Shown piece by piece: positions 1-8,369 of a stretch of 59,364 bases of DNA. The DNA is from Thermoanaerobaculia bacterium. Lineage in GTDB: Bacteria; Acidobacteriota; Thermoanaerobaculia; Gp7-AA8. The stretch spans positions 1 to 59,364 of the forward strand of contig DASYLL010000251.1 of the NCBI GenBank assembly GCA_036009605.1, written 5' to 3'. Under the pieces are notes generated by a model. It worked only from the letters and a program-made list of their open reading frames with translations. It was not told the DNA's origin and searched no databases. Each line of letters opens with the position of its first letter. Position 1 is the first letter of the stretch. The position numbers were made by a program, and so were the translations under genes.

Positions 1-105
1 GGCACGCTTCCAGCTCAGTGACGTTTCTGACGACGCGCAGGAAATTGGACCTCGCGGACGTCTAAAGAGACAGCAGTCATTGAGATAGCCGCCGGATGCG
101 GCGGC

Positions 106-741
106 TTGGGGGCGACCGTGAAACCGTCGAAATTCTTCTCCTCTCTCCTCACCGCCAACGTCCTGACTCTCGCCCTCCCAGCCCTTGCCGGAAGCATCGA
201 CATGGATGATCCGCGCCGCACCGTTGGCCGCGAAGAAAACGTCCGTATCGATGCTCAGCTCGTCCGCGACACCGTCTCGCCGGGCAGTCCGATCGGCATC
301 ACCTACCAGATCGAAAATCTCAGCGCGGAGCCTGTGGCCATTGCCGACAAAGTTGCCGAGGCGACGTATGACGCGGATACGCTGACGATCACGCTTGCGG
401 TTGGATCGGAAGTGCCGCGCGATGGAAAGATGCCGCGCCTGGCCACGATCGCGCCGGGAGAAAAGAAAGTGTTCCACACCGGCGCGACGCCGGCACTCGC
501 GGGTGCGGCCTCGCACTCATCGCTCGCGCCTCCGCGCTACGTGCAGGTCAAAGTATCGATCCTGCGCGATCTCGTGCCGTTCGCGAAGCTTCGCCCCGAG
601 CAGGTGTTGCCGGATGAGCTCTTCGACAAATGGTTCGAATCGAATGATTCGATCTTCCTGAACGCCGTACCGGTGCGCTTCTCCGGGCGACGCTCGACCG
701 GGTTCATGAGCGCGGATCAAAGCGGATCGGGCGGCTTCTGA
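106..741 (+). CDS. secreted hypothetical protein (paralogue A of a tandem pair)
   Basis: 211-aa ORF with a signal-like N-terminus (FFSSLLTANVLTLALPALAGS). The start may instead be GTG 118. Collinear similarity to the next ORF (DMDDPRRTVGREENVRIDA vs DMTEPRRIVGTENAVRVDA; both contain VGSEVP). Confidence 0.6.
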   Translation: MGATVKPSKFFSSLLTANVLTLALPALAGSIDMDDPRRTVGREENVRIDAQLVRDTVSPGSPIGITYQIENLSAEPVAIADKVAEATYDADTLTITLAVGSEVPRDGKMPRLATIAPGEKKVFHTGATPALAGAASHSSLAPPRYVQVKVSILRDLVPFAKLRPEQVLPDELFDKWFESNDSIFLNAVPVRFSGRRSTGFMSADQSGSGGF

Positions 742-801
742 TGCGCGCGGCATAATCGCGGCGACGGGCGACGTTGCTCCCGCATATGAGGAGGCGTCCC
801 C

Positions 802-1458
802 GTGGTGAAATTCAGTAGCACGTGTCTGCTCCTGCTCCTCCTGGTCGGTTGTGCGTCATCGACGGCGAACATCGACATGACCGAGCCGCGACGCATCGTC
901 GGCACCGAGAACGCGGTCCGTGTCGACGCACGCATCTCCGGCGATCACGTCTCGCCCGGCGCGCACATCCCGATCACGTACGACATCACGAATCAGCGCG
1001 CGACGCCGATCGCGGTCGCCGAGCTCAATCCCGAAACGTCGTACGACGCCGAATCGCACATGTTCACAGTGAGCATTGGCTCCGAAGTGCCGGGCAACAC
1101 GCTTCTGCCGCGACTGATTGCGATCGGTCCGGGAGAGACGAAGTCCTTCACGACGAGCGCACGCGTCATCTACGTCATGCCCCCGCGCCAGGCCGATCCG
1201 CAGTTCGCATCGGCTCCCGCGGAGTTCCGCCTCAAATTGAACTTCCTCGGCGACACGGAACCGTTCCGCGAGCTGATCGGGATCAAGGAAAACGCCGTGG
1301 CGAACGCGAAGCTCGCCGATCAGCTCTTCCCGTTGTGGCTGGAGCGGAACGAAGTCGTGTACACGAACACGATTCCGATGCGCTGGGGCGCGCGTCGCAA
1401 TGACGCGGGCGATGCACAGGACCGCTCCAGGGCTCCGCGCCGACGCGGCAGCCCGTAG
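802..1458 (+). CDS. lipoprotein, paralogue B of the tandem pair
   Basis: GTG start 7 nt after a GGAGG. Lipobox-like signal MVKFSSTCLLLLLLVGCASS. Collinear with 106..741. Confidence 0.65.
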   Translation: MVKFSSTCLLLLLLVGCASSTANIDMTEPRRIVGTENAVRVDARISGDHVSPGAHIPITYDITNQRATPIAVAELNPETSYDAESHMFTVSIGSEVPGNTLLPRLIAIGPGETKSFTTSARVIYVMPPRQADPQFASAPAEFRLKLNFLGDTEPFRELIGIKENAVANAKLADQLFPLWLERNEVVYTNTIPMRWGARRNDAGDAQDRSRAPRRRGSP

Positions 1459-1460
1459 TT

Positions 1461-1610
1461 AGTTGCTGGTTTTGCTGGGGATTTTGTTGCTGGTTGCTGG
1501 TTGCTGGTTCAATGTACGGCTTCGCGAGTAGCACCCGGCTCGCGCTGAAGCACCTTGAACCAGTAACCAGCAACCAGCAACAGGTTGAAACCAGTAACCA
1601 GCAACCTGGA
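1461..1610. repeat. long intergenic hairpin built from GTTGCTG / CCAGCAA heptamer repeats
   Basis: Arm 1486-1512 (gttgctggttgctggttgctggttcaa) is the reverse complement of 1555-1581 (ttgaaccagtaaccagcaaccagcaac) with 1 mismatch. It lies between convergent genes and starts 3 nt after a stop codon. Confidence 0.85.
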
Positions 1611-1613
1611 AAA

Positions 1614-1949
1614 TCAGAAGCTGGCGATGGCCTCGGTTTCGTTCTCGTAAACCTCGAACACCGTGATGAGCTGCGTGACGTGCAGCAGCTCATTGAGCTT
1701 GGCGGGCAGGTGCAGAAGCTTGAGCTTGCCGCCGCGGTTGGTGGCCGTCGTGTACGAGCCGACGAGCTCGCCGATGCCGGATGAGTCGATGGTGGTGACG
1801 CCGGACAGGTCGAGCAGGATCCGGTTCTTGCCCGCGTTGACGGCGTCCGTGATCACGTCGCGCAGCTGGCGGTCGCCCGAGCCGATCGTGATCTTTCCCT
1901 GCAGGCTGATGATCTCGACGCCGTCTACGTTCCGGGAAGTGGCTTTCAT
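1614..1949 (-). CDS. STAS-domain anti-sigma-factor antagonist (SpoIIAA/RsbV-like)
   Basis: 111 aa with the typical STAS pattern (LDLSGVTTIDSSGIGELV). AAGGAG RBS upstream of the ATG at 1949. Confidence 0.85.
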   Translation of the reverse strand: MKATSRNVDGVEIISLQGKITIGSGDRQLRDVITDAVNAGKNRILLDLSGVTTIDSSGIGELVGSYTTATNRGGKLKLLHLPAKLNELLHVTQLITVFEVYENETEAIASF

Positions 1950-1972
1950 CGTTTGTTTCTCCTTTAGCGAAA

Positions 1973-2479
1973 TCAGGCTTTCGTGCTTGCGATGCCGCTG
2001 CTTTTGGCCAGGTTTTTCGTCATGACCAGCGACGTTCCGCCGTCGGGCCGGAACGAATAGCTGACCTGGTCCATGAAGGTCTTCATGTAAAAAATGCCGC
2101 GGCCGCTCGTTTTCATGAGGTTCTGCGGGTTGAGCGGGTCGCTCACTTTCTCGGGGTCGAAACCCTGTCCCTCATCCGAGATCGTGATCTCCAGCTCGTA
2201 TCCCTGAAGCTCGAAGGTGGCGTTCACCTTCTTGTGTACATCCAGTTTATTACCGTGTTTGATGGCATTTGCAACCGCTTCGCGGACTGCCATGCCGATC
2301 CAGTGAGACCCATCCTCGTCGACACCCGCGTTCTCGCAGAGGTGCTCAGCGATCACTTGAACCAGTTCGATATTCTCGAATCGGCTGCTGATCGTGATCT
2401 CGACTCGCTCGGTGTCGCCGCGCTCCATGGGCTGAATTGCCGCGCATTCTAAGTGAACGGAATGGGTCACGCAAACCAT
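1973..2479 (-). CDS. anti-sigma regulatory serine kinase (RsbW/SpoIIAB-like, HATPase_c)
   Basis: N-box-like EAVANAIKHGN and G-box-like DEGQGFD..GRGIF. Sits directly upstream of the STAS gene. The start could be the internal ATG at 2428. Confidence 0.8.
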   Translation of the reverse strand: MVCVTHSVHLECAAIQPMERGDTERVEITISSRFENIELVQVIAEHLCENAGVDEDGSHWIGMAVREAVANAIKHGNKLDVHKKVNATFELQGYELEITISDEGQGFDPEKVSDPLNPQNLMKTSGRGIFYMKTFMDQVSYSFRPDGGTSLVMTKNLAKSSGIASTKA

Positions 2480-2493
2480 AGGTTGGTCAGCGC

Positions 2494-3615
2494 ATGACCA
2501 CGGCCCGCTCCGCGCGTCTCCTTCTCGTTTTTCTGCTCACCTCCTGCACGCAGGCTTCACCCCTCCAGCCGGGCATGGATGCCGTGTCTGCAATTCGCGG
2601 AAAAGCCTTCCTGCACGACGTCAAAACGATTTCCATCGATCGTGCCGATCTCTCGAAGCACCTGCACGAGCAGATGGTGAACTCGACGCCGTACCCGCTC
2701 GACGACTGGGCCACGATGCTCCGGGCCCTCCAGCTCGTCGACACGAAGAGCGAGGACCTCGTCCCCCAATTGCTCGCCCTCTACGAGTCGCAGGTGCTCG
2801 CGTTTTACGACCCGCACTCGCACACGTACTACTCGATCAAGCAGCTGCCGAAGCTCCCCGAGTCGGCGACGAAGCTCGCGGATCCGAAGACGCTCGAAGA
2901 GATGGTCATGGTCCACGAGCTCACGCACGCGCTGCAGGATCAGCACTTCAAGCTCGGCGAGAAAGAGAAGAAGCTGCTCCTCGATACCGATGCGAATCTC
3001 GCGTATCACGCCGTCCTCGAAGGCGAGGCCGTGCTGGTCATGGTCGCCCACATCCTCGGCAAGAGCGGTCTCGATTTCGACGAGGTCGTGAAGAACGACG
3101 CCATGCTCAACATGATCACCTCGGCCACACAGGCCGATCAGATGATCGATCCGTCGACGCCGAAGTACTTTGGCGACATGCTGAAGTTTCCGTACCTCGA
3201 AGGATTGAACTTCGTCGTCCAGGCGTATCGCCGCGGCGGATGGAAAGAGCTCGATCGCATCCACGCCGATCCTCCGCGGACGACGCGCGAGATCTTTCAT
3301 CCCGAGGAGTACTTCGGACGGACGTTCAAACCGCAGGCGTTTGATGCGACGAAGCCCGCCAACGCCATTTCCGCCGAACATCTCGGTGAATTTCACTGGC
3401 GCTTCCTCGTCGGCGAGGACAACGCTCGCGGATGGGTGAACGACCGCGCCGTCGTCACGCGCGACGGCAAGGTGCAGATCGACACGACGTGGGAGTCGCC
3501 CGAGCGCGCGGCTGCATTCGCGACGGCGTACGGAGCGTTCCTCAAGAAGCGCGGCATCGAAGCGACGATCCAGCAGAAGGGCAGCAACGCCACCGCCAGC
3601 TACACCGCAAAATGA
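2494..3615 (+). CDS. putative secreted/lipoprotein zinc metallopeptidase
   Basis: Signal plus Cys (LLLVFLLTSC). HExxH motif in VHELTHALQDQH. Family not identified. Confidence 0.6.
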   Translation: MTTARSARLLLVFLLTSCTQASPLQPGMDAVSAIRGKAFLHDVKTISIDRADLSKHLHEQMVNSTPYPLDDWATMLRALQLVDTKSEDLVPQLLALYESQVLAFYDPHSHTYYSIKQLPKLPESATKLADPKTLEEMVMVHELTHALQDQHFKLGEKEKKLLLDTDANLAYHAVLEGEAVLVMVAHILGKSGLDFDEVVKNDAMLNMITSATQADQMIDPSTPKYFGDMLKFPYLEGLNFVVQAYRRGGWKELDRIHADPPRTTREIFHPEEYFGRTFKPQAFDATKPANAISAEHLGEFHWRFLVGEDNARGWVNDRAVVTRDGKVQIDTTWESPERAAAFATAYGAFLKKRGIEATIQQKGSNATASYTAK

Positions 3616-3884
3616 ACATCGATTACGAAACTCTCGAGAACGACCTCGCCAGCGGTTCGCTTCGACAGACACTCGAAGAAGAACTGACCGTCGGCTTTCG
3701 CCAGATCCAGCAGGCCGGCGAGCGGTTGCCCGTCGCATCGCACTACGCCGCGCAGATTGCGGAGATCATCAATCGCGACGCCGAGCTTTCGGATGCAGTG
3801 CAGTACGAGTTGTATCAGGAAGTGCTGGATGCTGTGACGAACGCGCGGGCAGCTGTTCTTGGGGATGAGCCGGTCGAGAATTAG
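3612..3884 (+). CDS. hypothetical protein (90 aa)
   Basis: ATG 3612 overlaps the upstream stop (ATGA). The acidic helical sequence reads as coding. The longer ORF from 3432 is an out-of-gene extension. Confidence 0.45.
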   Translation: MNIDYETLENDLASGSLRQTLEEELTVGFRQIQQAGERLPVASHYAAQIAEIINRDAELSDAVQYELYQEVLDAVTNARAAVLGDEPVEN

Positions 3885-3985
3885 TCTCAGAGTCGCATAG
3901 TCTCAGAGTCTCAGAGACCCGTCCGCCCAGCCAGCACGTGGCAGAACCTCTCTGAGACTCTGCGACTGTGAGACTCTGAGACTCC
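3883..3985. repeat. intergenic hairpin element, TCTCAGAG family, copy 1
   Basis: Left arm agtctcagagtcgcatagtctcagagtctcagaga pairs with right arm tctctgagactctgcgactgtgagactctgagact. It starts on the stop codon of the upstream gene. Confidence 0.85.
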
Positions 3986-4009
3986 ATCCCTCGCGGTAAC
4001 ATCCCACCC

Positions 4010-5065
4010 ATGGAAACCCACCCGCCCCACCCGCCGCTGTCGTCGTTCGCGACGACCGGTGGTTGTGCCTGCAAGCTGGGTCAGGATGACCTGCGCTCGA
4101 TCCTTTCCCGTCTTCCTTCCAGTGAAGGGATCGAGGCAGACCTGCTCGTCGGAAACTCGACGTGCGACGACGCGGCGGTGTTCCGCATCGTGGGCGACAC
4201 GGCCATCGCGCAGACGGTCGATTTCTTCACGCCCATCGTGGACGATCCGTACGTCTTCGGACAGATCGCCGCGGCGAATGCGATCTCGGACATCTACGCA
4301 ATGGGCGCCACGCCGATTCTCGGATTGGCGATCGCCGGATTCCCGACCGACAAACTTCCGCTCGATGTGCTCGAGTCGATTCTGCGTGGCGGTGCGGACA
4401 AAGCGGCAGAGGCCGGCTTCAGCGTCGCGGGCGGGCACACGATCATCGATGACGTACCGAAGTACGGTCTCGTCGTCACCGGAATCGTGTCGGTCGAAAA
4501 GATCGTGCGCAACTCGACGGCGCGTGCGGGCGACCTGCTCTATCTGACGAAGCCGATCGGCACCGGTATTCTCGTGACTTCGAATCGGTCGACGAAACCG
4601 AATCATGTTCCGCACCCGCTCGATGAAGCGATCCGCTGGATGACGACATTGAATCGCGATGTCGCGAAAGCGATGGTCGATGCAGGTGCGAGCGCGGCGA
4701 CCGACGTTACGGGCTACGGTCTCATCGGGCATCTGCTCGAAATGTGCGAAGGATCAGGAACCGGTGCGGAGCTGCACGCATACGCCGTTCCCGTGCTCGC
4801 CGGCGCGCGTGAAGAGCTCGTGCGCGGCTTCCGCTCCGGAGGCACGATGCGGAATGTGAAAGCCTTTCGCAATCGCGTTCGCTTGTCCGCATCCGAATCC
4901 GAGCTCACATTGATGTGTGACGCACAGACTTCAGGCGGCCTGCTGATCGCCATCGCACCCGAGCGCGCCAGGGCGCTCGAAGCCGGATTGAATGAAGGCG
5001 GTCTGTTCTATGCAAAGGTGGGAGCCATGACCGCGGATAGCGGCCACATCACTCTCGTTGCGTGA
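4010..5065 (+). CDS. selD: selenide, water dikinase (selenophosphate synthetase), Cys form
   Basis: N-terminal TTGGCACKLG motif and AIR-synthase-like body (DDAAV.., DPYVFGQIAAANAISDIYAMGA). Confidence 0.9.
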   Translation: METHPPHPPLSSFATTGGCACKLGQDDLRSILSRLPSSEGIEADLLVGNSTCDDAAVFRIVGDTAIAQTVDFFTPIVDDPYVFGQIAAANAISDIYAMGATPILGLAIAGFPTDKLPLDVLESILRGGADKAAEAGFSVAGGHTIIDDVPKYGLVVTGIVSVEKIVRNSTARAGDLLYLTKPIGTGILVTSNRSTKPNHVPHPLDEAIRWMTTLNRDVAKAMVDAGASAATDVTGYGLIGHLLEMCEGSGTGAELHAYAVPVLAGAREELVRGFRSGGTMRNVKAFRNRVRLSASESELTLMCDAQTSGGLLIAIAPERARALEAGLNEGGLFYAKVGAMTADSGHITLVA

Positions 5066-5075
5066 GGAGCTTTGA

Positions 5076-5453
5076 ATGAACGATGCGAAGCAGGAGATCC
5101 CCGAGGACGTGCACACCATCACTGCCGACGACGGCACGGTCTGGGTCGAGATCGCCAGCACGGGCACCCACGACGAAGCGGCGCTGCTGACGGGATTTCT
5201 CGACAACGAAGGGATTCCGGCGCAGATCGAAGACCTGAAGTTCGAGATGGAGCCGGTGAACTTCGGCGGGCTCGGCGAGCTCCGCGTCTACGTTCCGCAC
5301 GAGCACCAGCAGCGCGCGAAAGAGCTGCTTGCTGAGCGCGAGCAGGAGTACGAGAAGCTGGACGACGATGACGAGACGCTGATCACTGACGATGGGCCGG
5401 CCGAGGTGGATGAGACGGTGCAGGTCGAAGACGATGACGGACCCAACACCTGA
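5076..5453 (+). CDS. acidic hypothetical protein (DUF2007-like putative signal-transducing fold)
   Basis: 125 aa containing AALLTGFLDNEGIPAQIED and an acidic tail. The family name is recalled from memory and was not searched. Confidence 0.5.
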   Translation: MNDAKQEIPEDVHTITADDGTVWVEIASTGTHDEAALLTGFLDNEGIPAQIEDLKFEMEPVNFGGLGELRVYVPHEHQQRAKELLAEREQEYEKLDDDDETLITDDGPAEVDETVQVEDDDGPNT

Positions 5454-6000
5454 TCCCGAGCCGGCAACGATGCCGCGCTGGATTCCGGTCCTCATCGGCG
5501 TGATTCTCGTGCTGATGGGCGCACTCGCCGTCTACACCGGCATGAGCGATCGCGAGGATGGTCTCTTCACGACGAGCGTGAAACCGCGCCGTGAAAACGG
5601 CGCGCGATCCGTTCCTCCCGGCGAGCCCGGTGCGGGTGCATCACTCGTGACGCACGGCAGCGCAGGCGACGACAGCACGCCGGCCGCGAAACCAGCGGTC
5701 GAAGGCGAAGCGCGCGCAGTGATCACCGGCGGTCCCGAAGGCGTGCAATCGACGGTGCGCATCTGGGCGCGTCGCGGAATGCAACTCGATGTGACGCCGT
5801 CGGAGTCGATGATCTACGTCAACGACCTCCCCATCGGCCACGCGAGACAGTTCGATAGCGCGGAAGAGATCTACGATTTTCCCGCGCCCGGCAGTTACAC
5901 GATCCGTGTCGTCGCGCCGAACAATGCGCAGAGGACGTACGTGGTTACTGCGGCGGATGACGCGAAGGATGCGGTGGCGCTCATTCGGGCGAAGCTTTGA
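5434..6000 (+). CDS. membrane-anchored protein with C-terminal PEGA-like domain
   Basis: ATG 5434 precedes a TM segment (WIPVLIGVILVLMGALAVY). The C-terminus YVNDLPIGH..GSYTIRVVAPN is PEGA-like. Confidence 0.5.
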   Translation: MTDPTPDPEPATMPRWIPVLIGVILVLMGALAVYTGMSDREDGLFTTSVKPRRENGARSVPPGEPGAGASLVTHGSAGDDSTPAAKPAVEGEARAVITGGPEGVQSTVRIWARRGMQLDVTPSESMIYVNDLPIGHARQFDSAEEIYDFPAPGSYTIRVVAPNNAQRTYVVTAADDAKDAVALIRAKL

Positions 6001-6076
6001 GTCTCAGAGTCGCATAGTCTCAGAGAGTGTGATCGCAACATCTCTGAGACTCTGCGACTGTGAGACTCTGAGACTA
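6001..6076. repeat. intergenic hairpin element, TCTCAGAG family, copy 2
   Basis: Shares a 26-nt left core and an identical 35-nt right arm with the element at 3883-3985. Lies between convergent genes. Confidence 0.85.
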
Positions 6077-6079
6077 GCC

Positions 6080-8182
6080 TCAATGGTGCGCCGCCGCTGC
6101 GTGCGCCTCTTTGGCCTTCCTCGCCTCCGCCACGATCTTCTCCTGCTGCTGCTTCGGCACCTCTTCGTAGTGCGAGTACTCCATGTGGAAGCTGCCGCGG
6201 CCCTGCGTCAGCGAACGCAGCGTCGATCCATACGTGAGCATCTCGGAGAACGGCGCGCGTGCGTGAACGACTTGCGCGTCGTCTTCCGCATCGACACCTT
6301 CGACGCGGCCGCGGCGTGAGTTGAGGTCGCCCATGATGTCGCCGATGTACTCCGACGGTGCGGAGATGTCGACGTGCATGATCGGCTCGAGCAGCGTCGG
6401 CCGCGCGAGCGCCATTCCTTCCTGGAATGCGAGCGAGCCCGCGATCTTGAACGCCATTTCGGACGAATCGACGTCGTGGTACTGGCCATCCTTCAAACGC
6501 ACGCGGAAGTCCACGACGGGGAAGCCCGCCAGGTAGCCTTTCACGCGCGCGTCCTGAATGCCTTTCTCCACCGCGGGGATGTACTGCCGCGGAATCGAGC
6601 CGCCGAAAATCTCATCGACGAACTCGAAGTCGGAGCCGCGCGGCAACGGTTCCATCGTGATCTTGCAATCCGCAAACTGGCCGTGGCCGCCGGACTGTTT
6701 TTTGTGGCGTCCGTGCGCATCCGCGGTTCTCGTGATCGTCTCGCGATATGGAACCTTCGGCGGATGCAGCACGACGTCGACGTTGTACTTCTTCTTCAAC
6801 TTCGCAACGACGATCTCGACGTGCAGCTGACCCTGACCGCTGATCAGAAACTCCTTCGTCTGTTCGTCGCGCGAGAACTTGATGGTCGGATCCTCTTCGA
6901 TGATGCGATGGATCGCTGCGCCGAGCTTGTCCTCATCGCCGCGCGCCTTCGGCTCGACAGCGAACGCGATCGCCGCTTCCGGATAGTGAATGTGCTGCAG
7001 CACGATCTGATGATCTTTCGCCGCGATCGTGTCGCCGGTGAACGTGTCCTTCAGTTTGGCAACGGCGCCGATGTCGCCCGCGCGCAGCTCCGAGACCGGA
7101 ACCTGCTGTTTGCCCTGCAGCACCTGCAGCTTGCCGATGCGCTCTTCGTGCTCGCGCGCCGTGTTCCAGTACGCGTGATCGGAAGTGAACGTGCCCGAGT
7201 AGACGCGGAACAGCGACACGCGGCCGGAGAACGGATCGGAGAACGTCTTGAACACGAGCGCCGCGGGGAAGGCCTGCGGACGACGATCGAACTCGATCAC
7301 CTCGCCCTTCAGATTCTTTCCTTCGATCTTCTCCGAATCATCCGCGGACGGCAGCAGCGCTACGAACGCATCGAGGATCGAATGGCCGCCGATGTTGTGC
7401 GACGCCGACGTGCACAACACCGGATAGATCTCGTGATGTCCGACTTCGCGGCGCAGGCCGTCCATCAGCTCTTCCTGCGAAAGCCCGCCCTGTTCGAAGA
7501 AGCGCTCCATCAACGTGTCGTCGCCTTCCGCGACTTTCTCGATGAGCTTCTCGCGCCATGAATCCGCTTCCTCTTTCAGATCGGCGGGGATGTCGATGAC
7601 GTCGTATTTGCCGGAGCCGTCGGTCGCGTACTTCCACGCTTTCATCGACACGAGATCGATGACGCCGCTGAAGTCTTTCTCTTCGCCGATCGGCATCTGG
7701 ATCGGGACGACGTTCTTCCCGAACTTCTTCTGCAGCGCGTCGAGCGTGCGCGCGAACGACGATCGCTCGCGATCCAGCTTGTTCACGATGATGAGTCGCG
7801 GCAGCGCGTACTCCTCCGCGAACTTCCAGACCTTTTCCGTCGTCACTTCGACCCCGGTCACGCCGCTGACGACCACCACCGCGGAGTCCGCGATGCGGAG
7901 CGCGCCGCGCGCCTCCATGATGAAGATGCCGAAGCCCGGCGTGTCGATCAGGTTGATCTTCGTGTTCTTCCACTCGGCGAACGCGATGGCCGCGGAGATC
8001 GAATGCTTGCGGTCGATCTCATCCGGGTCGAAGTCGGTGACGGTGGTCCCGTCGTCGACGCTGCCCATGCGGGTCATCGCACCGGCGTTGAACAGCAGTT
8101 GCGAGACGAGCGTTGTTTTGCCCGTGTCGTTGTGCCCGACAATTGCCACGTTGCGGATCTCAGAACCCGGATAAACCTTCAT
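6080..8182 (-). CDS. elongation factor G family GTPase (EF-G2-like, stand-alone)
   Basis: AIVGHNDTGKTTL, DTPGF and NKLD G-motifs plus full-length EF-G domains. The start is taken at ATG 8182 (MKVYPG..), because the ORF extension to 8305 runs into the palindrome. Confidence 0.9.
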   Translation of the reverse strand: MKVYPGSEIRNVAIVGHNDTGKTTLVSQLLFNAGAMTRMGSVDDGTTVTDFDPDEIDRKHSISAAIAFAEWKNTKINLIDTPGFGIFIMEARGALRIADSAVVVVSGVTGVEVTTEKVWKFAEEYALPRLIIVNKLDRERSSFARTLDALQKKFGKNVVPIQMPIGEEKDFSGVIDLVSMKAWKYATDGSGKYDVIDIPADLKEEADSWREKLIEKVAEGDDTLMERFFEQGGLSQEELMDGLRREVGHHEIYPVLCTSASHNIGGHSILDAFVALLPSADDSEKIEGKNLKGEVIEFDRRPQAFPAALVFKTFSDPFSGRVSLFRVYSGTFTSDHAYWNTAREHEERIGKLQVLQGKQQVPVSELRAGDIGAVAKLKDTFTGDTIAAKDHQIVLQHIHYPEAAIAFAVEPKARGDEDKLGAAIHRIIEEDPTIKFSRDEQTKEFLISGQGQLHVEIVVAKLKKKYNVDVVLHPPKVPYRETITRTADAHGRHKKQSGGHGQFADCKITMEPLPRGSDFEFVDEIFGGSIPRQYIPAVEKGIQDARVKGYLAGFPVVDFRVRLKDGQYHDVDSSEMAFKIAGSLAFQEGMALARPTLLEPIMHVDISAPSEYIGDIMGDLNSRRGRVEGVDAEDDAQVVHARAPFSEMLTYGSTLRSLTQGRGSFHMEYSHYEEVPKQQQEKIVAEARKAKEAHAAAAHH

Positions 8183-8221
8183 GAGCTCGACTCCGTAAGT
8201 GATTTCACAAATTGGCGTGCC

Positions 8222-8358
8222 ATCATAATCCGTCTTGCTGTCATCCCGAGCGTCGAGCGAGGACCTGTGCGGGCGGGGCGAACAAACAGAAGCTTCGTGC
8301 CCCACACGCCCAGGTCCCTCGCTCGACGCTCGGGATGACAGCCAAGACGGTTATGATT
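8222..8358. repeat. ~137-bp near-perfect palindrome in a divergent intergenic region
   Basis: 8222-8267 (atcataatccgtcttgctgtcatcccgagcgtcgagcgaggacctg) is the reverse complement of 8311-8358 apart from a few indels. Confidence 0.85.
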
Positions 8359-8369
8359 GTTGGCTCAAT

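Noticed and set aside
2557-3738. 393-aa minus-strand ORF
   Set aside because: It is antisense to the metallopeptidase gene. Its Arg/Leu/Val/Gly-rich composition is typical of shadow ORFs in high-GC DNA, and it has no motifs.
4010-5065. Selenocysteine-containing SelD or a selenium-utilisation locus
   Set aside because: The active-site position is Cys (GGCACK) with no in-frame TGA. No selA, selB, ybbB or SECIS-like context is present in the window.
6080-8305. N-terminal 41-codon extension of EF-G (and the 8235 TTG start of the kinase)
   Set aside because: Both extensions are translations of the two arms of the 8222-8358 palindrome (..SLDARDDS.. on both strands), which is not plausible coding sequence.
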